Source: an uncultured Gammaproteobacteria bacterium (GTDB lineage Bacteria > Pseudomonadota > Gammaproteobacteria > CAWCPV01). Taken from it: a DNA stretch of 64,000 bases. The position numbers were made by a program, and so were the translations under genes. Positions 57,273 through 64,000 of the stretch are shown here, piece after piece (position 1 is the first letter of the stretch; every line of letters starts with the position of its first letter). The notes beneath the pieces are model-generated. The model was not told the DNA's origin, searched no databases, and worked only from the letters and a program-made list of their open reading frames with translations. The stretch lies in contig CAWCPV010000007.1 of assembly GCA_963797555.1 (NCBI GenBank), positions 384,001-448,000 on the forward strand, written 5' to 3'.

Positions 57273-58568
57273 ATGACGACGCCGTCACGACGCGCGTGGG
57301 ACTACGCTTCGAGCCTACTGAATCTGACCACCTTCGAGTCACTGGCCGATCGATTGAACCCCGACTTCAGCGAACGGCCGCCCCATGTGCCGGGCGGGGC
57401 TGTCATCTCTCCCGAGGCGCTCGCGCGGCGATGGCGGATGCTCGGTGCGCCCGCCGATTGCCGCGCACAGCTCCTGGACGAGCAGACTGTAGGCCAGATG
57501 GACGCCTATCGACACAGCATCGAGAACTTCATCGGCACCGTGAAGCTCCCGGTCGGTCTCGCGGGGCCGCTCCGTGTCAACGGGCTGTTCGCAAAGGGTG
57601 ATTATTACCTGCCCCTGGCGACAACCGAGGCCGCCCTGGTGGCTTCATACAGCCGCGGTGCGCGGCTGATCACGGAGGCGGGCGGTGCCAGCGCGCTGCT
57701 CTTGAACGAGGGAGTGAGCCGCGCTCCGGCATTCGCCTTCGCCACTTTCCAAGAGGCCGGCCGATTTCTCGCTTGGCTGCTGACTCACCAGGAAGACTTG
57801 CGCGCGGCGGCGGAGGCTACGACACGGCACGGCAAGCTGGTAGACATCCAGATCAGCGTGGAAGGGAATCACGTGTTTCTGATTCTTGTCTTCACGACCG
57901 GCGATGCGGCGGGGCAGAACATGGCCACGATCGCGACAGAGGCCGCCCTAACGTGGATCCTCGCTCAGTCCCCGGTGCGCCCCAGAAAGGCGTTCGTCGA
58001 AGCCAATTTTTCCGGCGACAAGAAGGCGAGCGCACAGTCCTTTCAGAGCGTGCGCGGCAAGAAGGTCAGCGCCGAGGTCCGGATACCCGCACCGCTCGTG
58101 CAAGCGAGGCTGCACACGACCGTCGCGGACATGGTGGAGTGCTCCCAGATGGCTACGATGGGAGGGATCCTGTCCGGCACCGTCGGCACCCAGGGACACT
58201 ATGCCAACGGGCTCGCGGCCATGTTCATCGCCTGCGGCCAGGACGCTGCGTGCGTGGCAGAGGCCGCCGTGGGCGTGACACGCGTGGAAACGACGGCAGA
58301 CGGCGACCTGTACGCCGCCGTTACACTGCCGAACCTGATCGTGGGCAGCGTCGGCGGCGGCACCGGGTTGCCCAGCCAGCGCGCCTGCCTGGAGATCATG
58401 GGCCTTGCGGGACCCGGTCACGCGCGGGCGCTGGCCGAGCTGGCCGCCGCGCTGTGCCTGGCGGGCGAGCTATCCATCATCGGGGCAGTCTCGGCCGGCG
58501 AGTTCACCCCGGCGCACGCGAAGCTCGCTCGGGGCACGAGAGCCTCGGCCTCTCCTGAGACTTTGTGA
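57273..58568 (+). CDS. HMG-CoA reductase (class I-like)
   Basis: IENFIG, PLATTEAALVAS, TGDAAGQNM, CGQDAA, VGGGT. Confidence 0.88.
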   Translation: MTTPSRRAWDYASSLLNLTTFESLADRLNPDFSERPPHVPGGAVISPEALARRWRMLGAPADCRAQLLDEQTVGQMDAYRHSIENFIGTVKLPVGLAGPLRVNGLFAKGDYYLPLATTEAALVASYSRGARLITEAGGASALLLNEGVSRAPAFAFATFQEAGRFLAWLLTHQEDLRAAAEATTRHGKLVDIQISVEGNHVFLILVFTTGDAAGQNMATIATEAALTWILAQSPVRPRKAFVEANFSGDKKASAQSFQSVRGKKVSAEVRIPAPLVQARLHTTVADMVECSQMATMGGILSGTVGTQGHYANGLAAMFIACGQDAACVAEAAVGVTRVETTADGDLYAAVTLPNLIVGSVGGGTGLPSQRACLEIMGLAGPGHARALAELAAALCLAGELSIIGAVSAGEFTPAHAKLARGTRASASPETL

Positions 58569-58633
58569 ACAAATCTGCTGCGCGTCTCGATAGCCGCGTC
58601 GTGCGCCGCTTGCGCACAACGAGCCTCGCACCC

Positions 58634-59389
58634 TCAGACCGCCGTCCCTATCCTCAGGACGCCTCCCACGAAGGCGGCTGCGAACAGAAAACTGTCGAAA
58701 CGGTCGAGGACGCCTCCCTGGCCGGGCAGCACGGTACCGAAGTCCTTCAGGCCCGCCCGTCGTTTCACCCAGGACGCCGAGAGGTCGCCGGCCAGGCCGG
58801 TGACGGCGATCGCCGCCGCCAGGCCCCCGGCCGCGGGTACGCTGAGTTCCAAGAGGTCGCGGAGCATCCAGGAAACGATTACTGCTCCGAGGACTCCGCC
58901 CACCGCTCCTTCGATCGTCTTCGCCGGACTCACCCGCGGCGCGAGCCGGTGGCGTCCCACGAGCTGGCCGACCACTTGGGCGAAGCCGTCGGCCGCCGCG
59001 ACGACGAGATACAGGTATACGACACCGCTCGCCGGCCAGGTGGCCGCCGTCGCCACGGTCCCGGCGGACAACACCAGGTAGGCGGCCCAGAGCGCCGCGG
59101 GCACCGGAAAGGCGGTTCGCCCGCCCCGAGAGATGGCGCGGTGCATTTCCAGCGCCCCCGCGAGCGTAATCAAAACGAACAGGCCGACGACATAGGCCGT
59201 CCCGGCTACGGCGCCCAGCACGACCGTATGCACGATGACAAAATAAGTCGCGAGCTTCAGCCAGCGGTCCCTGCGAACCTCGGGAGAGACTCGGCCACTC
59301 GCCAGCGCGAGCAGCAGCGTGCCGACGAGAAACACGCCGAGGGTGATCGGCAAAACGCGGCCAATCAGGCCGCCGGCGCCTGCAAACAC
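58634..59389 (-). CDS. Phosphatidate cytidylyltransferase family protein
   Basis: VSPAKTIEG, GDLSASWVKR...KDFG..LPGQGGVLDRFDS. Confidence 0.85.
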   Translation of the reverse strand: MFAGAGGLIGRVLPITLGVFLVGTLLLALASGRVSPEVRRDRWLKLATYFVIVHTVVLGAVAGTAYVVGLFVLITLAGALEMHRAISRGGRTAFPVPAALWAAYLVLSAGTVATAATWPASGVVYLYLVVAAADGFAQVVGQLVGRHRLAPRVSPAKTIEGAVGGVLGAVIVSWMLRDLLELSVPAAGGLAAAIAVTGLAGDLSASWVKRRAGLKDFGTVLPGQGGVLDRFDSFLFAAAFVGGVLRIGTAV

Positions 59390-60246
59390 TGAACTGCGGA
59401 CGGAACGCAGCGCACCCGGACCTCCAACGCACCGTCCATGAGCTCTCCGTCGAGCATCAGAACGGAAGGCTGCGCCAGCCGCACATGGGTCTGGCGACCC
59501 TGGGACGCTCGGCTCGGGTCAAAGAAGCGGACGGGCGAGAGCGTGGAGAAGTTGTGAAGGGTCTGTGGAGCCCAGCGGGCGCTCAGCTCGACGATATCGA
59601 TCAGCCCGTCGCGGAGTCTCGCGTCGGGTACCGCGCGCGCGTTGGCGAGATGGGCCGTGTTGTTGACGATCAGCCCGGTGAGTGGTATGGACACGTGGGG
59701 CTCGCCGTCCCTCGACAGCTCCATTGAGAACGCGCGAGGGAGGGTGAGAAGGGCCGCGGCGACATAAGCGAGACTTCCCAGGTGCGCGAGGCGCTCGGCG
59801 CGGCGCACCAGAGAGGCCACGTACCCTAGGGCCACCGTGCTGGCGCCCAGGTAGGTCCCGCGCGTGCCGCCCAGAAAGTCCACCTCGATTTCCATCGCGT
59901 CGATGGGCGAAGCATTATCGGCCTTTAAGGCCGAGAGCCCGGTCTCCGCATCGCGAATGTTGAGGTCTCTGCCAAGGCAGTTCCCGCGGCCCGCAGGGAT
60001 AACGGCCAGGCGTTGGCGCGACCGATCCATGCCGTTCAGCACCTCGAAGATCGTGCCGTCCCCTCCGACCACCGCCAGACCGTCGTAAGCGACTGCCCCG
60101 GCAGCCAGCAATCTGGCATGTCCCGGCCGCTCCGTGTACTCCACCGCGGTGACCAGCTCCTTTAGCCGGGGCCACCAAATCGGCGGGAGGGCGGACTGCC
60201 GGCGGCCGCCCGATCGGGGGTTTACGATCGCGAGCCATTTGGTCAC
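59365..60246 (-). CDS. Diacylglycerol/lipid kinase family protein
   Basis: IVNPRSG, VGGDGT, IPAGRGN, LDGEL; GTG start at 60246. Confidence 0.85.
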   Translation of the reverse strand: MTKWLAIVNPRSGGRRQSALPPIWWPRLKELVTAVEYTERPGHARLLAAGAVAYDGLAVVGGDGTIFEVLNGMDRSRQRLAVIPAGRGNCLGRDLNIRDAETGLSALKADNASPIDAMEIEVDFLGGTRGTYLGASTVALGYVASLVRRAERLAHLGSLAYVAAALLTLPRAFSMELSRDGEPHVSIPLTGLIVNNTAHLANARAVPDARLRDGLIDIVELSARWAPQTLHNFSTLSPVRFFDPSRASQGRQTHVRLAQPSVLMLDGELMDGALEVRVRCVPSAVQCLQAPAA

Positions 60247-60821
60247 GATGCCGCCCGGCGGCGCCTGAGAACCCAGTAAACGCCCCGAACGTCGGCTTCC
60301 CACTCGGGCAGGAGCCACAGCAACACGAATTCCTCCAGAGAGCCGAGGACGATCAGCGCAATGGTCGAGTAAAACAGCCAGGGCTGGAAACCCCAGAGAA
60401 AGAGGACGACCACGAAGGCCCCTTGCGCGTATGCACCGGCCCGAACCAGATAGGTGTGGAAGCTCGAAAGGCGGCCGTATCTGCGGAGGGCCCAGCCGAT
60501 CTCCAGCGCCCACAGGCCCAGCGCGAAGATCATGGCGAGGCTGTGTTCCCGCAGCAGGTCGCCGAAGAACGCCCACAATCCGTAGAGGGTCGCCACAATC
60601 AGCAGGCTGTCGGCGGTGGAGTCCAGCGAAGCGCCGAGCTTGGACGCGAGCCCGAATGCGCGGGCGATGAGCCCGTCCATAATGTCGCTGAGCAACGCCG
60701 CGAGAAGCAGCCACTTGAAAGGGTCTCGCTGGCCCCAATAGGTGAGCCCGAGCAGAACGGGCGTCGCGCAGAGGCGCGCCGCCGATATCATGTTAGGGAT
60801 GTGCCTGACGGCTGAACGCAT
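60243..60821 (-). CDS. CDP-alcohol phosphatidyltransferase
   Basis: IPNMISAAR; DIMDGLIAR...GASLDSTAD. Confidence 0.88.
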   Translation of the reverse strand: MRSAVRHIPNMISAARLCATPVLLGLTYWGQRDPFKWLLLAALLSDIMDGLIARAFGLASKLGASLDSTADSLLIVATLYGLWAFFGDLLREHSLAMIFALGLWALEIGWALRRYGRLSSFHTYLVRAGAYAQGAFVVVLFLWGFQPWLFYSTIALIVLGSLEEFVLLWLLPEWEADVRGVYWVLRRRRAAS

Positions 60822-60974
60822 GCTGTCGGACAACTCCTGCGGGGTCCAGGGGAGACGGTCGCGGGTCCGTCTGGGAGGCTCCGGAACCGAACGGATTCGC
60901 GGGCCGCAGCGCCGTATCTGTCAACCTTCCACGGCGGCGACCTGACCGGGACGGCCTGAATGCCGTTCTCCCGA

Positions 60975-63104
60975 TCAGCCGCCTGGGGGCACCGGGAGGC
61001 CGAGCGTCTCCTCCCAGAAGAAGCGGAACGCGGGAATGGAGCAGCGGAGCTCTGCGGCCTGGTCCGCACGCAGAACCAGATACTGAAACTCCGCTTTCGT
61101 GAGCAGCATGGCACCGGCGGTGCAAAGCACCGGCTGGGAATCGGGCGGAATCTTGTTTGTATGCTTGTTCCGAGCGATCTCCAGCTCTTGCGCGAGCGGG
61201 AAGATGAGTCCCCAGTTGTCACACAGACTCTCAATCGGTTCCGGCGCCGTTCGCGCGGGCAACTGACTCAAGACCACACGCTCGCTCAAGACCCGGATAA
61301 CGGGCTGCTGAAGCGGTTTGAGATATGGGAACGTCTGCAGCAGCTCACGGTTGCGCCACATGGACCGCAGCTTATGCTCGTAGTTCTGATGGCGGATGTA
61401 GCTGTGGAACGCTGTTTCCGAAAACGCCGTCACCGTGACCGGGCTGAGTGCCACGACCGAAGCGTTGCGCTGCCCCTTTCCGATGATGATTGACATTTCG
61501 CCGATCAACTCGCCGGCTTCCATCGCGGCCAAATAGTTCTTCTTTTTCCCGTCGTAATAGATGACCTGCGCGTATCCGGTCAGGATCATGTACACCTGGC
61601 CTTCCGAGCGGCTGCCCTGGCGAATGATTATATCTCCCGCATTGAAGATCAGCACCTCTTGGTTCGCCAAAAGATTGGAAATCCAATTCGGAGGCATATC
61701 GGGGAAATACTCCATCAGAAACTCGATGGTGCGTGTCAAATTGTAATCGGTGTCGCCCCGGACAATAGGAAAACGCTTGCCGGAAGATGCCACCGTGAAC
61801 TGGGCTTGGAACCGATCGGAGAGATTATCCAGATGCAGGAAAATGATCCGCTCTGCTTCGGACGACAATGCATCAGCGGGATCGCCGTGCAGCAGACCTT
61901 CACCCCCGTCGGCGATCAGCATGTTCAACCGTTTCCGGTAGATCTCGGCCACTGAGCCGTGCCGTTCCGCGTCGATCACTCCGGTTTTCCGCATCCGTTT
62001 GATGTCTTCCAGGGACTGATTGTCGCCCGTGTACGCCAGGGTATAGGTCAGGCCGAAGTGCTCCGCCGCAAATTGAGCACCGATGGTCGGAATGGAATGT
62101 ATGGACCAATGAGGCGTTATCTTCAGGCCAAAAAAGTCTGTTTCCTTGCCTGCTGTAAGTGGAATGAGTGTGAAGTATTCATTCAGGCGATCCACGGAGC
62201 GGTCGAGCGTCAGGGAAAGTTTTTCCAGCATCATGCGGTAAATGACCGGCACCGTGAGCACTTGAATCTTGCGGTTGTACTGCAGCAAGGGTATGACATT
62301 GCAGTGGTCGTCGTGGATGTGCGTCAGGAAAATACTGTGAACCTGGTTACGGGCAATGCCCCGTGCGCGTAAATGGTAGTTTAGAAACGGGATGGCGTCG
62401 ATGAGGATATAGTTTCCGTTGTAGCACAGCGCCAATCCGGAGGATGCTTGAGTCGTGCTGAAACCGGTCGCACCGCCGAGCACTTCCACGCCGAGCTTGA
62501 CCAGCGCGGACACGGTCAGGTCGGTATTTACCGGGTAAGGAGGCTCCTGCTCTCGGCGGACGTTAAGATCAAGCTTGCTCGTTCCATGATCGAAGGACAG
62601 GCGGAAGACGTTCGGTTGGACGTGCGCGATCCGAATCCATCCGAGGTCGATCTCCTCCTCCGCAAGTTCTTTGACCTCGACCAGGGCGTCGATGGTCAAC
62701 GGCTTGCCCTCCTTGTCCTTCATGCGGAACCAGCGTGTTTCCTGTGCGAGCGCTTCCGCCTCTGGCAGGGGCAACCCCCAGGCATGCATCGTGGCTGCGT
62801 CCGGGCCGAACAGCGTCAGGTCGAGGAGGTCCTTCGCTGCGCTGACACGCCGGCTGTTGCCTATCAGCGTGAGCGGCTCCATCGTGCGTCGGTCGCTTTG
62901 GAACAGGTGGTTGTACAGAGGAAATTCCACCGCCACCTGAGACTCCCCTAGGGCGGTAGGGATGTCCGGGAGAAGGACGTGGCATGGAGAGCGCAGGCCT
63001 TTCTGCCGGATGACCTTGACGATCTCCGGCGGGACGCCGGCGAGCAAAGCATGCTCGCCATCGGTGACGTAATAGCTGCCGGGCATGAGAGGGTAGATTT
63101 CCAT
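60975..63104 (-). CDS. Metallo-beta-lactamase fold protein with a cyclic-nucleotide-binding domain
   Basis: THIHDDH, HSIPT, YTGD; GELIGEMS...RNASV. Confidence 0.8.
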   Translation of the reverse strand: MEIYPLMPGSYYVTDGEHALLAGVPPEIVKVIRQKGLRSPCHVLLPDIPTALGESQVAVEFPLYNHLFQSDRRTMEPLTLIGNSRRVSAAKDLLDLTLFGPDAATMHAWGLPLPEAEALAQETRWFRMKDKEGKPLTIDALVEVKELAEEEIDLGWIRIAHVQPNVFRLSFDHGTSKLDLNVRREQEPPYPVNTDLTVSALVKLGVEVLGGATGFSTTQASSGLALCYNGNYILIDAIPFLNYHLRARGIARNQVHSIFLTHIHDDHCNVIPLLQYNRKIQVLTVPVIYRMMLEKLSLTLDRSVDRLNEYFTLIPLTAGKETDFFGLKITPHWSIHSIPTIGAQFAAEHFGLTYTLAYTGDNQSLEDIKRMRKTGVIDAERHGSVAEIYRKRLNMLIADGGEGLLHGDPADALSSEAERIIFLHLDNLSDRFQAQFTVASSGKRFPIVRGDTDYNLTRTIEFLMEYFPDMPPNWISNLLANQEVLIFNAGDIIIRQGSRSEGQVYMILTGYAQVIYYDGKKKNYLAAMEAGELIGEMSIIIGKGQRNASVVALSPVTVTAFSETAFHSYIRHQNYEHKLRSMWRNRELLQTFPYLKPLQQPVIRVLSERVVLSQLPARTAPEPIESLCDNWGLIFPLAQELEIARNKHTNKIPPDSQPVLCTAGAMLLTKAEFQYLVLRADQAAELRCSIPAFRFFWEETLGLPVPPGG

Positions 63105-63537
63105 GGCGTGCGACTCGTTTGGGGTAGGAATCCGAAACCCTGCAACGCAGTACCGATAGCACCTTCTAGCTCGGACGGTCAAGTGCGGCGTTCGGTGCGT
63201 CGAAGCGGGATCTGGCGCCAATGACCCGTGGAGGGCTTCCTCTGAGCCAAGGGTACGTCCACGCGGCCGGGAGAAGGCGGCGGGGCGCCCACGATGGGCG
63301 TGGCGTCGTCAAGGTGCGCCCCGTAAGGGGGCGCTTGGTGGGACCGGAGCAGGAGGGTGTCGCAAGTGCACAGTGGGCACCGCGTCGGATAGGTGCTACG
63401 GCTCGGTGCGGAGGCGGGGAGGGGGCTTGGCTGCGCGCTGCCGGCGTCCGCCGCCCGGTCAGGGTGCCGCTGGGGTGCGGTTCAGCGAACCGAGAAACGG
63501 TAACCGAACAGCTCCGCAGGCCGCGACGCCCGCCTTC

Positions 63538-64000
63538 TCACCCGTAGCGCCCCGTGATGTAGTCCTCCGTCTCCTTGACTTGGGGGTTGGTGAAGATGGT
63601 GTTGGTGTCGCCGAACTCGATGAGCCTGCCCAGGTAGAGAAACGCCGTGTAGTCGGAGACCCGTGCGGCCTGCTGCATGTTGTGGGTGACGATGACGATG
63701 GTGTAGTCGGTCTTCAGCTCGTAGATGAGCTCCTCGATCTTGAGGGTGGAGATGGGGTCCAGGGCCGAGGCAGGCTCATCGAGAAGCACCACCTCCGGTT
63801 TGACGGCGATCGCCCGCGCGATGCACAAGCGCTGTTGCTGGCCCCCGGACAGCTCGGTGCCGATCCGCCCCAGCTTATCTCTGACCTCGTCCCACAACGC
63901 CGCCTTGCGCAGCGCCCACTCCACGCGCTCGTCCATCTCCCGCCGTCCCAGGCGTTGATAGAGCCGCACACCGAACGCGATGTTCTCGTAGACGGTCATC
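63538..64000 (-). CDS. pstB: Phosphate ABC transporter ATPase (3' part)
   Basis: [39 protein letters not shown]. Confidence 0.95.
   Translation of the reverse strand, partial: MTVYENIAFGVRLYQRLGRREMDERVEWALRKAALWDEVRDKLGRIGTELSGGQQQRLCIARAIAVKPEVVLLDEPASALDPISTLKIEELIYELKTDYTIVIVTHNMQQAARVSDYTAFLYLGRLIEFGDTNTIFTNPQVKETEDYITGRYG

Noticed and set aside
59365-60738. 457-aa extended lipid kinase ORF
   Set aside because: The upstream part is an alternative frame of the CDP-alcohol transferase

Overview
A GC-rich proteobacterial window, mostly minus-strand, with many single-base frameshifts that may be long-read errors. (1) 1-32.8 kb is a large Wzm/Wzt-exported polysaccharide locus: 4 sulfotransferases, 8 glycosyltransferases, methyltransferases, AsnB, a heparinase II/III-like protein and sugar-nucleotide enzymes. 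It appears to carry a full regulatory chain: a sigma70 promoter and variant c-di-GMP-I riboswitch upstream of rfaH, then a perfect ops site at an EPS-type MarR gene. (2) 32.8-46.4 kb is a WYL-preceded type I-C CRISPR-Cas system with 5 repeats and two cas4 genes. It is interleaved with toxin-antitoxin (TA) modules and sits on the remains of a type I-E system (cas6e tail - vapBC - cas1e fragment). (3) 46.4-64 kb holds an SDR, abrB-vapC, aas, hypothetical genes, an IS1182-like element, HMG-CoA reductase, a phospholipid trio, an MBL-cNMP protein and partial pstB. Two patterns recur across the window: TA-carrying inserts flanked by duplicated gene-gene junctions, and IS1182-ended miniature elements (CTNAG target) carrying REP-like hairpins. 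All calls come from reading the sequence; no searches were run.
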